Part shown: in pieces, positions 27,027 through 37,201 of the stretch
Layout: each line of letters starts with the position of its first letter
Numbering within the stretch: position 1 is the first letter of the stretch
NCBI GenBank assembly: GCA_030698565.1
Contig: JAUYJS010000005.1
Location: 154,497 to 218,496 of the forward strand
DNA length: 64,000 bases
Source: Candidatus Shapirobacteria bacterium
Lineage (GTDB): Bacteria; Patescibacteriota; Microgenomatia; UBA12405
Direction: 5' to 3'
Translations under genes and position numbers: made by a program
Notes under the pieces: generated by a model
The model's input: the letters and a program-made list of their open reading frames with translations, nothing else
Databases searched by the model: none
Told to the model about the DNA's origin: nothing

Positions 27027-28278
27027 ATCTGACCACTGAACTTGTAGGTAAAATTTCTATCCAAATTTGACCGGGAACAAATTTAACTTCTTTGCCAGCA
27101 CTGTCTTTGAAAACAGTTCGGCTTGTTCGGTTCTTTTTGGTCCAGGTAATATCTGTTTTATTGCCATTTTCAAATAAATAGCCGGTACCGTTACCTATAA
27201 CACCATAAAGAAGGTGACCGTGTTCATCGATGGAACGAGTTTCTTTGACATATTCGACAACTACATTTTTTGTGGAAATTTGTTTTTGAGTGTTGAAGTC
27301 GATATGTGGTTGCCCACCATTTGAACGAAGATATGAGTTGGAGTTTTTGTCATAATTCCAAGTTACGGAATATTCTTTGTACCCTGTCCAAAAATCAAAC
27401 GAGAAAGTAGGTGTGCTTGGATTTGCAGAGACGGAATCCGCCTGACTAAAGTTCCATGATTGATAATTTTTGTCCCATGATTGGTTATTAATTTGAGTTA
27501 GATTAGTCAATCCTCTATTGGCAGCTGTATTCCAAAGTTCCTTAGTGGAACAATACATGGTATGTTCTGTGGCCCGAGTGTCGCCCAAACGATCTGGTTC
27601 TCGTCGACAAACTTTGTAGGATAAGGAAAATTGGCTTAGATCACCCCAAGTTCCTTTATTGTTCCAACCATAATTAGAAATTTGTTCAATTGCTTGGGCT
27701 TTTTTGTTGGTAGTACAAGGACCAGATTGTTTGCCAGTTACGGGGTCTTTGGGAGCACTACAATTGGCACCACCAACATGAGCATAAAGAGGATAATCAC
27801 TGTATTCAGAAGCCAAATCTAGAAAATAAGTTCGGGCAGATCTGACCGGACCGATATCGTAAGTATTGGTTGAACCATCAACAATACCACAATAAAATAC
27901 TCCCATAAATCGGGTAATTCCGCCTTCGGCGATAGCTTCATAAACAATATCGGCATTTTGTAATCCTGATTGAGGACGGGCTTCAGCGTGGTTTTCGATC
28001 ATAACAGCAAGTGGCCTTCGGGCTGACCAAATTTTTTCTTCATCAGTTGTATATTTAAGTCCGTTTAAAGGACAACTTTGAGTTTTTGGACCACTAAAAT
28101 TAATTACACCTGTTTGTTTGTTATCCTTTTTTTCTGCAACATTATTATTATCTGAAGGAGAATTAGTAGAGAGATTGAAAGAATTCGCTGGAGTTAACTT
28201 GTCGAAGGTTAGGTAGGATATGCCACCAATGACTAAAAACAGACCCAAAAAGCTTAAATTTTTAAATTTATTTGCCAT
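27004..28278 (-). CDS. DUF3048 (YerB-like) secreted/lipoprotein-family protein
   Basis: PLAVMIENHAEARPQSGLQNADIVYEAIAEGGITRFMGVFY matches the DUF3048 core. Start placed at internal MANKFKNLSFLGLFLVIGG (signal peptide); the upstream 32 codons lack an SD. Confidence 0.6.
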   Translation of the reverse strand: MANKFKNLSFLGLFLVIGGISYLTFDKLTPANSFNLSTNSPSDNNNVAEKKDNKQTGVINFSGPKTQSCPLNGLKYTTDEEKIWSARRPLAVMIENHAEARPQSGLQNADIVYEAIAEGGITRFMGVFYCGIVDGSTNTYDIGPVRSARTYFLDLASEYSDYPLYAHVGGANCSAPKDPVTGKQSGPCTTNKKAQAIEQISNYGWNNKGTWGDLSQFSLSYKVCRREPDRLGDTRATEHTMYCSTKELWNTAANRGLTNLTQINNQSWDKNYQSWNFSQADSVSANPSTPTFSFDFWTGYKEYSVTWNYDKNSNSYLRSNGGQPHIDFNTQKQISTKNVVVEYVKETRSIDEHGHLLYGVIGNGTGYLFENGNKTDITWTKKNRTSRTVFKDSAGKEVKFVPGQIWIEILPTSSVVRYEDTKQS

Positions 28279-28285
28279 TATTTTT

Positions 28286-28633
28286 TTAACCTTTAATAGT
28301 TTTAAATATAGCTGATTTTTCTTCTTTTGACAAAGAAATGTTTTGACCTTCACCGTTTTTGATCGGTTTGGCATAGAGCCGGGTATTGTCTCTGTTGTGC
28401 AAAGATGTGACCACTACCCCGGAATTGTTTTGATCTAATAAACATAAAACAAAGCTTTGGTCGCCACCAAGATCGTCAAAGGGATTGAATCTGTTTAAAT
28501 TTATTTTAACACTGGCGGGGATATTGTTTATTGCCACTTTATTTTTGTAGCTATTTTTTTTATAAACTATATAAGTCAAATAGCTTAATCCAAGTAAATT
28601 ACAAATTGATACAAAGAGTAAAACGAAAATCAT
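28286..28633 (-). CDS. small membrane-anchored hypothetical protein
   Basis: 115 aa with N-terminal TM; 7 nt upstream of the DUF3048 gene. Confidence 0.3.
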   Translation of the reverse strand: MIFVLLFVSICNLLGLSYLTYIVYKKNSYKNKVAINNIPASVKINLNRFNPFDDLGGDQSFVLCLLDQNNSGVVVTSLHNRDNTRLYAKPIKNGEGQNISLSKEEKSAIFKTIKG

Positions 28634-28815
28634 TACTCAACAATTGTATCAAAATATTGTGCTATACTGGCGATAGAAATGAAGGGAAATGAATTTATAA
28701 AAAGGGATTTATTGAAAAGTTTCACACTTAGCTTGTTGTCGATTTTAGCCATTATTGTTATATATTATTTTAAGAAGAGTCGTTAAACATTATTATTTTA
28801 AGGAGGTGAATATAG

Positions 28816-28992
28816 ATGGCAACTATTAAATTTTATTCCGTAAAATCGAGAAAGTCAGTTGAAGTAGACGTAGGCAATGTTCAAAAAGTTATGCTAAAGA
28901 ACGGTAGACCAGCTGCTAAAACAGTTGATCCAGAAACAGGTACAAATATGTTTAAGATTCTGTCTGCTGCTGATGCTGCTTTGCTTAAATAA
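28816..28992 (+). CDS. unannotated 58-aa basic protein (possible small SH3-like nucleic-acid-binding protein)
   Basis: Perfect SD AAGGAGGUG 7 nt upstream of ATG. MATIKFYSVKSRKSVEVDVGNVQKVMLKNGRPAAKTVDPETGTNMFKILSAADAALLK. Below the 60-aa cutoff of the ORF track. Extended -10 (TGcTATACT) at ~28656-28664. Confidence 0.45.
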   Translation: MATIKFYSVKSRKSVEVDVGNVQKVMLKNGRPAAKTVDPETGTNMFKILSAADAALLK

Positions 28993-29018
28993 ATATTGTA
29001 AAATACAATTAACTCAAA

Positions 29019-29284
29019 GAAATCGAAGGATCTAACTCCGATTTATCGGGGAGGAAAGTCCGGACCGCAAAAAGCACAGAATTCTGCAGAGCAGAACAAG
29101 ATGTAAGTTTTGGGCAATGCTACAGTGACGAATAGTCCCGATACCTAAAAGGGTCGGGGTGAAGTGAAACGAGCATCCTTCTGGCGGAAATCTCAAGTAG
29201 GGGCGTTTGTATCTAGCTTTTGAGAGCCTCAGGTAGAGAGAATAGATTGATGGTCCTTAAACAGAATCCGGCTTATCGATTTCT
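29019..29284 (+). ncRNA. rnpB: RNase P RNA (bacterial type, reduced)
   Basis: GGAGGAAAGUCCGGAC (CR-I/P4 5' strand), GGGGUGAAGUGAAACG (CR-IV-like), ACAGAAUCCGGCUUAUCG (CR-V/P4 3' strand). P1 closes as aaaucga…ucgauuu. Confidence 0.75.
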
Positions 29285-29300
29285 TTGGGTTTTTGTTTTG

Positions 29301-30296
29301 TTATTTTTCTGATTTATCAGTAAGAACCGTAAATATTGTTTCAATGGTAATATAAATTGGTATTGCTAAAATTGCACCAACTATTCCGCCAAGCTTGGCT
29401 CCAGTTATAAGTAAAAATATTGTAATCAAGGGACTTATTCCAACTGTTTCTTTCATAACCTTCGGTACAATAATGTGGTTTTCTAATTGCTGAATTAAAA
29501 CTCCCCAACCAACAGCCAAAAGTGCTGTTATTGGTGAAATTGTTAAGCCAACAAGAGCAGCAAGGGCAGTAGCAATAATTGGTCCCACATTTGGAACAAC
29601 TTCAAGTAACCCAGCAATTATGGCTAATGGAACGGCATACTTTAATCCTAAAAGTGAAAAACCAATATAAGACAAAACGCCAATTGTGGTCATAAGAATA
29701 ATTTCAGCATGCACCCAATATCCTAATTTCTTTTCGAGAAGATTGAATATCTTTCTTATTTGAGCATCAACTTTGCTGCTTAGAAAACTAAAACCGTATT
29801 TATTTAAATTTTTCCTTTCCAAAAGCATGTAGAAAGTAACTACAAATATTATTAGAGTGGAAACGACGTCGGCTACAACTGAAAAGGCGGTCCTGGCTAT
29901 ATCACCAGGCAAGGTTTCTAATATTTTAAATTGAGAAGAAATGTCTGAGGCGGAAGCACCAAAAAAACTAGTGTTGGCTAGGTCTTGGGGCAAGGTATTA
30001 ATTAAACCAGTGGTTTGTTCTATTAATAATGGGATTATTCCGGCAAAAGCAAAAGAAATAATAGAAAGAATCGTGATGTAAATTAAAACTATTGACAAGG
30101 GCCTAGGCAGTTTATATTTTTCTAGTCGAGTAACTAACGGATTTAAGGCTTCCATGAAAATAAAACAAATGAAAAACAAAACTAAAATTTCTTTTAAAAA
30201 CCAAACTAAAAATATACCTAATATAAGCATGACTGTAAATATTATGGTTCTGTAGGATATTTCAACCCGTTGTGATTTCATTCTGTATTGTACCAT
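29301..30296 (-). CDS. AI-2E family transporter (PerM/YdiK/UPF0118)
   Basis: 331 aa, eight TM helices in the AI-2E arrangement, with conserved G/P-rich C-terminal helices. Confidence 0.65.
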   Translation of the reverse strand: MVQYRMKSQRVEISYRTIIFTVMLILGIFLVWFLKEILVLFFICFIFMEALNPLVTRLEKYKLPRPLSIVLIYITILSIISFAFAGIIPLLIEQTTGLINTLPQDLANTSFFGASASDISSQFKILETLPGDIARTAFSVVADVVSTLIIFVVTFYMLLERKNLNKYGFSFLSSKVDAQIRKIFNLLEKKLGYWVHAEIILMTTIGVLSYIGFSLLGLKYAVPLAIIAGLLEVVPNVGPIIATALAALVGLTISPITALLAVGWGVLIQQLENHIIVPKVMKETVGISPLITIFLLITGAKLGGIVGAILAIPIYITIETIFTVLTDKSEK

Positions 30297-31225
30297 TTCG
30301 TGATTGTATATAAAATATTTTTATAACAACCAGTTGAGGTTATATTAAAAATATGAATATTGGGTTGGTTTTTGAACCAGGTTTTTTGACGCCTAGCTAG
30401 AGCATGCTCGTTATATTTCCATTGTTGAACGCATTGATTCAATATTAAGTCCTCGTTTATTGGTTTATTGTTTTTGAGACGCACGCGGTGCGTCTCTACA
30501 AATAATGTTTTAAATTCTTTGTAGGCCAATGTGTTTAATCCAGGATCAGACCATTTATATTTTTTTAATAATTTTTCAATTTCTTTTATTAAACCGTCTT
30601 TTATCCTGTTTTCTACCCGTTTATCAATTTGTTGATAAAGATAGGGATTGGGAGCGGTGAGGGAGATATGAAGAGGATTTATTTTTATTTTGGTTGTAGA
30701 ACGGACACGAAGGTCCGTTCGTACATGTAATTTTATTTCGATTTTGCGAATGAGACGATGGGGGTTGTGTTTTTCGGAATTATTTAAACCATCAAAAGCT
30801 TTTTTATCTAAAATTGAATAAATTTTTTGGAGCCACTTTGTTGAAAGACGATTTAAAAAGAATCTTAGTATCGGCATGGGCTTAATATGATAGGTTTGGT
30901 TTTGGGAATCGATTAGTGAATTAATATATAGGCCCGTACCTCCAACCACGATTGGCAATTTTCCTTTTTTATAAATTTCTTCAATTATACTTTTGGCTAA
31001 TTTTTGATATTCGACTACTGAAAATGTTTGATTGGGATTTATGACATCAATAAGATGAATTGGGATATTTTTGGGATGATCCTTGCCTGTACCAATATCC
31101 ATTCCTTTATATATTTGCCTTGAGTCGGCAGAGATTAGTTCGCCGTTAAATTTTTTGGCCAAAGCGATGGCTAATTTAGTTTTGCCAGTTGAGGTTGGGC
31201 CAGAAATTATTAAAAGTTTGTTCAT
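30278..31225 (-). CDS. miaA: tRNA dimethylallyltransferase
   Basis: LLIISGPTSTGKTKLAIALAKKFNGELISADSRQIYKGMDIGTGK. Confidence 0.85.
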   Translation of the reverse strand: MNKLLIISGPTSTGKTKLAIALAKKFNGELISADSRQIYKGMDIGTGKDHPKNIPIHLIDVINPNQTFSVVEYQKLAKSIIEEIYKKGKLPIVVGGTGLYINSLIDSQNQTYHIKPMPILRFFLNRLSTKWLQKIYSILDKKAFDGLNNSEKHNPHRLIRKIEIKLHVRTDLRVRSTTKIKINPLHISLTAPNPYLYQQIDKRVENRIKDGLIKEIEKLLKKYKWSDPGLNTLAYKEFKTLFVETHRVRLKNNKPINEDLILNQCVQQWKYNEHALARRQKTWFKNQPNIHIFNITSTGCYKNILYTITKWYNTE

Positions 31226-31251
31226 ATTAATAATGTATTTTATCTAAGTTC

Positions 31252-32001
31252 ATGGTAAAAATTGTTATGTATTTAGATGTAAATAAAATTAAGGATATCT
31301 TGCTGGAAAAAGAACATTTTAGAATTGTTTTTTTAGGAGATTCGATTACTTCGGCTGAATGGGTTCATCCGAATTGGCGTGAGATAGTAGAATATGTTTT
31401 AAAAGATGAGCTTGAAAATATAATTCCAGATTGGAAAATACCGTCTTGGAAAATAAGAGGGATCAATTGCGGATTTGATGGGTCGACCAGCCTGGATCAC
31501 TTGGAAAGATTGGAATCTGAGGTTTTGAATTATAAACCTGATTTAATAATAAGCTTGTTTGGCGGTAATGATTTGTATTTTGGAATTTCTCCCAAAGAGC
31601 ATAAAGAAAATATAATTAAATTGATAAATAAAATTAAAACAGAGGTCCCCTATTTAATTTTCTGCTCCTCAATTGCATGTGGAAAAAACGAAACAGTAAA
31701 AAATAAAGAATATCCTAAATATGTTGATGAATTAAAAAATATTTTTCCAGTTAATGATGTTTTGTATATAGATATGTATGAAAAATACGCCAAATTTGAT
31801 TTGAATAAATTTTATACTTTTGTTTCTGAAGGCAACGAGGTGGTTGGTATAAAACCAGGAGATATTGATTTTTTACATCCGAATCAATTAGGAAACGCAT
31901 ATATAGCAAAGATAATTTTGAAAGATGGTTTTGGAATTGAATTTGACCCGGAAAAATATATTCGAGAGACAGTGGAAGGAAAAATGTTTCCGGGGTATTG
32001 A
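31252..32001 (+). CDS. SGNH/GDSL hydrolase family protein
   Basis: IVFLGDSITSAEW (block I Ser), GGNDL (block III), DFLHPN (block V D-x-x-H). Confidence 0.65.
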   Translation: MVKIVMYLDVNKIKDILLEKEHFRIVFLGDSITSAEWVHPNWREIVEYVLKDELENIIPDWKIPSWKIRGINCGFDGSTSLDHLERLESEVLNYKPDLIISLFGGNDLYFGISPKEHKENIIKLINKIKTEVPYLIFCSSIACGKNETVKNKEYPKYVDELKNIFPVNDVLYIDMYEKYAKFDLNKFYTFVSEGNEVVGIKPGDIDFLHPNQLGNAYIAKIILKDGFGIEFDPEKYIRETVEGKMFPGY

Positions 32002-33093
32002 TTAAACGTTAAAACGGAATTCGACGATATCGTCGGGATGCATGACGTATTCTTTGCCTTCGTGGCGCAATTTACCGGCGGTTTTGGCGCCTTCCCAGCC
32101 ATTGTATTGTATAAAATCATTATAATAGACAATTTCGGCCATGATAAATCCCCTTTCAAAATCCGTATGAATTACACCAGCAGCTTGCGGTGCAGTGTCT
32201 CCTTGATGAATTGTCCACGCCCTGGCTTCTGTAACTCCAGCGGTGTAATAAGATTGGAGTCCTAGGGTGTCATAGGCTTTTTGAATCACCCTTTCTAAGC
32301 CAGATTTTCTTACACCCAATTCTTTTAGATAGGCTAGTCTTTCTTCTGGACTTAATTCTGATAAATCAAATTCTATTTTGGCACAAACAGGCACAACTTT
32401 TTCAAAATTTTCTATTTTTAATTTCCAATTTTCAATATTGGAATAAGTGTTTTCATCAACATTGGCAACAATAAAATAAGGCTTATTGGTCAATAAAAAT
32501 AAATCTTTAATTAATCCTTTCTCTTCATCATTCAGTTGAATATTGATAGCCAAGATTCCTTTTTCCATTTCAGCTTTTAATTTTTGAGTGGCAATAAATT
32601 TTTTATTTTTATTTTCTTTGGGATTATTTTTATTGGCACTTAAATATCTATCTACTGTTTCCAAATCTTTAATTATTAGCTCAGCACAAATTACTTCAAA
32701 ATCGCCTTGAGGATCTACTGAACCTTCTTTGATAATATTTTCGTCAGAAAAGGATCGGACCACATGACAAATAGCATCACAATCACGAATGTTGGTTAGA
32801 AATTTATTTCCCAACCCTTCTCCTTGGGCTGCACCTTTGACTAATCCGGCAATATCAACAAATTCTACGATTGCTGGAACGACTTTTTTGGTCTTTACAA
32901 TATCGGCTAAAATAGGTAATTTTTCATCAGGTACTTCGACTACGCCGACGTTTGGATCGATTGTACAAAAAGGGTAATTACTAGCATCGGCAACGCGTTT
33001 GCCCAGTAACGCATTAAATAAGGTTGATTTACCTACGTTGGGAAGACCGACAATTGCGATACTTAATTTAGACATGAGGTATTTTACCAACAA
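32002..33093 (-). CDS. ychF: ribosome-binding ATPase YchF
   Basis: [18 protein letters not shown]… and C-terminal TGS domain. Confidence 0.9.
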   Translation of the reverse strand: MLVKYLMSKLSIAIVGLPNVGKSTLFNALLGKRVADASNYPFCTIDPNVGVVEVPDEKLPILADIVKTKKVVPAIVEFVDIAGLVKGAAQGEGLGNKFLTNIRDCDAICHVVRSFSDENIIKEGSVDPQGDFEVICAELIIKDLETVDRYLSANKNNPKENKNKKFIATQKLKAEMEKGILAINIQLNDEEKGLIKDLFLLTNKPYFIVANVDENTYSNIENWKLKIENFEKVVPVCAKIEFDLSELSPEERLAYLKELGVRKSGLERVIQKAYDTLGLQSYYTAGVTEARAWTIHQGDTAPQAAGVIHTDFERGFIMAEIVYYNDFIQYNGWEGAKTAGKLRHEGKEYVMHPDDIVEFRFNV

Positions 33094-33121
33094 ATGCCTG
33101 TTTGTGCCGGACTATTTAAAC

Positions 33122-33147
33122 AGAAACCCGGCCGAAGCCGGGTTTCT
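33122..33147. terminator. GC hairpin terminator downstream of hup (symmetrical)
   Basis: aaaCCCGGC-cgaa-GCCGGGuuu with U/A-rich flanks on both strands. Confidence 0.45.
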
Positions 33148-33167
33148 TTAAAAAATATCAAATAAAA

Positions 33168-33440
33168 TTATTTGACCATTTTTTTGATTTTAGTTCCTGG
33201 AATGTATCTTGGCATTCTTCGGGCGACAATCTTTTTGGATTCTTTAGAACCAATAGCTTTAATAGTTTTGGCTTTGAACATTTTGGTTTTGAAAGTTCCA
33301 AAACCGGAAAGCTTTACTGTTTCACCATTTGAAAGAGCTTTCATAATTTCATTTAGGAAAGTCTCAACTGCTTGCTTAGAAGCTTTTTTACTTAGTTTGG
33401 CTTTTTGAGAAACAACTTCAATAAGATCTTTTTTAGTCAT
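33168..33440 (-). CDS. hup: DNA-binding protein HU
   Basis: MTKKDLIEVVSQKAKLSKKASKQAVETFL…GFGTFKTK…; real start at the internal Met (the upstream 19 codons have no SD). Confidence 0.85.
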   Translation of the reverse strand: MTKKDLIEVVSQKAKLSKKASKQAVETFLNEIMKALSNGETVKLSGFGTFKTKMFKAKTIKAIGSKESKKIVARRMPRYIPGTKIKKMVK

Positions 33441-33500
33441 TGTTTTTTTTAAATATATAATTAATATTAATTCTATCGGAATATCGGCAAAATGCAAGTA

Positions 33501-35114
33501 TTATGCGTTATTTTTTACCGCATTTTTATTGAGTTTACTGCCAACAACGACACTACTAGTTCTCAATTCTCTAATAACAGTAACTTTAATTTGCCCTGCC
33601 CACTTGGCCTCTTCTTCTAATTTTTCGGCAATATTTTGACTAAGAACTTCGGCCTCAGAATCGGACACTTGACTGGGTTCGACTATGACAACAACTTCTC
33701 GCCCGGCCTGATATGCCGCAACACTGATAACACCCGGAAAACCTTTGGCGACTTCCTCAATGTTTTTCATTCTTTTTAAATATTCCTCGTGGACTTCGTA
33801 TCTGGCTCCTGGACGAGCACCCGAGGCAGCATCACCGATATAGACGATTATAGATTCGACTGAGGAAAATTCTTTATCTTCATGATGTTCGGCGACACAA
33901 TTTATTACCGACTCCGGTATTTTATATTTTCTTAATAGGTCGACGCCTAGGTCTACATGAGTACCCTCTTGGTCGGTTACGACCTTGCCTATGTCGTGAA
34001 GTAACGCGCCCATTCGGACCACATTGACATCAGCCTTTAACTCATAAGCAATTGCCGTTGCAATTTTAGTAGCTTCAATAGAATGCTTAGCTAAATTTTG
34101 ACCATACGAATATCTGAATTTATATTTACCTATTTCCCTAATGAGATCTAATGGTAAATTAAATACACCAACTTCCTGGCAAATTCTTTTACCTTCATTA
34201 ATTAAGATCTTTTCCATTTCTGTTTTTGTTTGAGCAACGATCTGCTCAATTTTAACTGGTTGGATTCGACCATCTTTAATTAATTTTTCTAAAGAGATTT
34301 TGGCAATTTCTCTTCTAGTTGAATCAAAAGAAGAAATTCGGATATCATTGGTTTCGTCTAATTCTAATTCGACACCAGTAACTTTTTCGAAGGCTCTGAT
34401 GTTTCGACCTTCACGTCCAATAATTTTTCCCTTAATGGTTTCGTCTGGTAAGCTAATAGTGGAAACAGTATATTCGGCCACATAGTCAGTAACTCCGTGA
34501 CGGATATTGTCTACTAATATTTCTTTGGCTAATTCTTCACTTTTTTGTCTAATTTCTTCCTTAGCTTCTTCAATTTTTTTGGCAACCCAATTAACCATCT
34601 TCTTTTCCGTACTACTAATTATGAGCTGCTTGGCCCTTTCAAGATCTAAGCCAGAAATATTTTCCAGTTTTTCTAATTGTTTTCTGTATAAGTCATCGAC
34701 ACTAGTCAATTTAGTTCTAATTTCTGAACTTTGACTATCAAGAGCTTTTTCTTTTTGGAAAAAATATTTTTCCTTTTCATCCAAAGTAGCTAGTCTTTGA
34801 AAAATTTCTTGTTCTTTTACTTTTGCTGCTGCTTCAATTCTTTTGGCATTATCTAATGCAACTTTGGCAGCAAAACTAACCTCTGGAGCTGAAACTGTGA
34901 CTGGTGTCGGGGTAACTGGTTCCTGAGTTTTTTCTTTTGGAGAAAAAACTACCCTGTTTTTTACCGGAACTGTTTTTTTGTCGTCTTGAACTTTAATAAC
35001 CGGAGCAGAAATAGAAGTGGACTTATTGGGTGTACCAAACAACCCTTTAACTTTAGATAAAAATGATTCGAGCATATTGCCTCCATAATTACTTTGAATC
35101 CCAAAAATCCGCAA
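33501..35114 (-). CDS. rny: ribonuclease Y
   Basis: N-terminal TM/coiled coil, KH domain (IIGREGRNIRAFEKVTGVEL), HD domain (ALLHDIGK). Confidence 0.85.
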   Translation of the reverse strand: MRIFGIQSNYGGNMLESFLSKVKGLFGTPNKSTSISAPVIKVQDDKKTVPVKNRVVFSPKEKTQEPVTPTPVTVSAPEVSFAAKVALDNAKRIEAAAKVKEQEIFQRLATLDEKEKYFFQKEKALDSQSSEIRTKLTSVDDLYRKQLEKLENISGLDLERAKQLIISSTEKKMVNWVAKKIEEAKEEIRQKSEELAKEILVDNIRHGVTDYVAEYTVSTISLPDETIKGKIIGREGRNIRAFEKVTGVELELDETNDIRISSFDSTRREIAKISLEKLIKDGRIQPVKIEQIVAQTKTEMEKILINEGKRICQEVGVFNLPLDLIREIGKYKFRYSYGQNLAKHSIEATKIATAIAYELKADVNVVRMGALLHDIGKVVTDQEGTHVDLGVDLLRKYKIPESVINCVAEHHEDKEFSSVESIIVYIGDAASGARPGARYEVHEEYLKRMKNIEEVAKGFPGVISVAAYQAGREVVVIVEPSQVSDSEAEVLSQNIAEKLEEEAKWAGQIKVTVIRELRTSSVVVGSKLNKNAVKNNA

Positions 35115-35237
35115 CCGTACTTACTCTTTGATCAATTTAAAGTTAAAAGTATGATTAAATATTTTTAACATTGTTGGCTGTTTAGGATAAAAAGTAAAAA
35201 ATAACTAATAAAATTTAAAAAATAAGATTCTATTATT

Positions 35238-35888
35238 TTACCTGGAATTTATTAAATCGTCAATCGTAAATTTTACGTTATCATAGGAAAAACCTTTACG
35301 AATTAGGTAGGCGGTTACTTTTTTTCTGTTGTTAAAGTCTATTAAATCACTAGAATTATGTATTTTTTTGATAATTAAATTTTTTATTTTGTCCTTATCT
35401 CCTTCGTTATTTAATTTTTCTGGGGGAATTATACTTGTGTCTATTCCGTTCTTTTTTAATAAAAATATTATTTCTTGACGCGATTTTCGACTATTTTTCT
35501 TTATAAAAAAGTTAATATACTCCTCGTCATTTATGAGTCCTTTTTCTTTTAGTTTTAAAATATTGCTTTCGATTAACTCTCTTTTTTCCGACTCAGATAA
35601 GGCCAATTGATATTTTTTCGTCAATCTTCTAAGATATAAACTTAATTTAAAAGTTAAAATCCTGGTGGTTTTTGGAGAAATAGCTATTTGCCTCAGGGAA
35701 TAATCTTTTAGAAGATAAGTTAAAGCAATATTTACTATTTTTTTGAATATTAATTCATCTAGATCCATCCCTGAATGGAGAGAATGAATCACCACATCAT
35801 CGATAAAGAACGGCAAGTACTTACCATCAGAAAAACGAAGGTATACCCTGTTGGGAATTCGGCTAGCCTTGATTGATTCAAGATTCAT
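35238..35888 (-). CDS. recX: recombination regulator RecX
   Basis: 216 aa helical-repeat protein immediately downstream of recA. Confidence 0.6.
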   Translation of the reverse strand: MNLESIKASRIPNRVYLRFSDGKYLPFFIDDVVIHSLHSGMDLDELIFKKIVNIALTYLLKDYSLRQIAISPKTTRILTFKLSLYLRRLTKKYQLALSESEKRELIESNILKLKEKGLINDEEYINFFIKKNSRKSRQEIIFLLKKNGIDTSIIPPEKLNNEGDKDKIKNLIIKKIHNSSDLIDFNNRKKVTAYLIRKGFSYDNVKFTIDDLINSR

Positions 35889-35897
35889 TTTTTAAAT

Positions 35898-36950
35898 TTA
35901 TTCTTTTGCTTCTTCAACTGATGCTGGAGTGGTATTTTTGGAAACTTCCCAAATCTTGGTTTTTAAATCTTTAGCGATTTCTGGATGTTCTTTGAGATAT
36001 TTTTTGGCAGCTTCCCGACCTTGAACATTTTGATCGCCAATTTTGTAAAAAGCTCCAGCCTTGGTAATTAAATTAAATTGCGTCGCAATGTCAACTAAAC
36101 CACCAAAGATAGATATACCTTCGGTGTTTAATATATCAAACTCGGCTTCTTTAAAAGGAGGTGCCACTTTGTTCTTAATAATACGAGCACGATGCTGAGA
36201 GCCAATGGATTCACCTGATGGAGTTTTTATGTTGGCAATTTTTCGTAAATCTATTCTGACAGAGGCATAAAATTTTAGAGCCAAACCACCGGGAGTGGTT
36301 TCGGGGTTACCGAACATGATACCGATCTTTTGTCTTATTTGATTGGTAAATATGACTACGGTTTTGGATTTGGAAATAGCTCCGGTAAGTTTTCTAAGAG
36401 CTTGTGACATAAGTCGAGCTTGAACACCCATCATTGAATCGCCCATCTCGCCTTCTATTTCGGCTTTTGGTACTAGTGCAGCAACTGAATCAATGACTAT
36501 GACATCAACGGCATTGGATCTGACCAATGTTTCTACTATTTCTAGGGCTTGTTCACCATTGTCTGGCTGAGAAATCAACATATTGTCTATGTCCACTCCT
36601 ACAGCAGCAGCTCGAGTTGGATCGAGAGCGTGCTCTACGTCTATAAATGCTGCAGTGCCTCCTAGTTTTTGAGCTTCAGCAATTAAATGTAAACAAACGG
36701 TGGTTTTTCCAGACGCTTCTGGTCCGAAAATTTCAGTGACACGACCTCGAGGTAAGCCGCCAATACCCAATGCCATATCTAAAGGAATACAACCTGTGGG
36801 AATGGCTTCTACTGACATGTCGGCTTTTCTTTCACCCATTTTCATAATGGCACCATCACCATAAGTTTTGGTAATTTGTTCCATGGCAATTCGGACCGCT
36901 TCGAGCTTGTTACCTTGAATATTTGTGACTGTTTTCTTTGTTTTTTTCAT
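35898..36950 (-). CDS. recA: recombinase RecA
   Basis: [16 protein letters not shown] (Walker A), [10 protein letters not shown], and L1/L2 loops. Confidence 0.95.
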   Translation of the reverse strand: MKKTKKTVTNIQGNKLEAVRIAMEQITKTYGDGAIMKMGERKADMSVEAIPTGCIPLDMALGIGGLPRGRVTEIFGPEASGKTTVCLHLIAEAQKLGGTAAFIDVEHALDPTRAAAVGVDIDNMLISQPDNGEQALEIVETLVRSNAVDVIVIDSVAALVPKAEIEGEMGDSMMGVQARLMSQALRKLTGAISKSKTVVIFTNQIRQKIGIMFGNPETTPGGLALKFYASVRIDLRKIANIKTPSGESIGSQHRARIIKNKVAPPFKEAEFDILNTEGISIFGGLVDIATQFNLITKAGAFYKIGDQNVQGREAAKKYLKEHPEIAKDLKTKIWEVSKNTTPASVEEAKE

Positions 36951-37127
36951 TGTGTAATTTTTGGTTAAATATTAATATATAGTATATTGATACCAATATG
37001 TTTTGGTCAAGTCAATAAGCAAAACCGAAGAAAAACCGAAACCTAAAATTCGTCATTATAATATAAATAATCGATGTTAAAATACTTAATACTTGATACT
37101 TTTTTACCCTAGACTCAAGTTGTAAAA

Positions 37128-37201
37128 CGGGGATTGGCGCAATTGGCTAGCGCGCACGTATGGGGTGCGTGAGGTTGCTGGTTCGAATCCAGTATCCCCG
37201 A
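37128..37201 (+). tRNA. tRNA-Pro (anticodon GGG)
   Basis: Hand-folded cloverleaf with a 7-bp acceptor stem CGGGGAU/AUCCCCG, giving C1:G72 and discriminator A73 as in bacterial tRNA-Pro. U8, D-arm GCGC-AAUUGGCUA-GCGC, anticodon arm CACGU-AUGGGGU-GCGUG (U33, GGG, G37), T-arm GCUGG-UUCGAAU-CCAGU. No encoded CCA. Confidence 0.8.

Noticed and set aside
28279-28374. 32-codon N-terminal extension of the DUF3048 protein
   Set aside because: No SD. The internal Met begins a canonical signal peptide, and the extension would overlap the upstream gene.
33441-33497. 19-codon N-terminal extension of HU
   Set aside because: HU proteins start at MTKKDLIE…; the extension is hydrophobic junk with no RBS.
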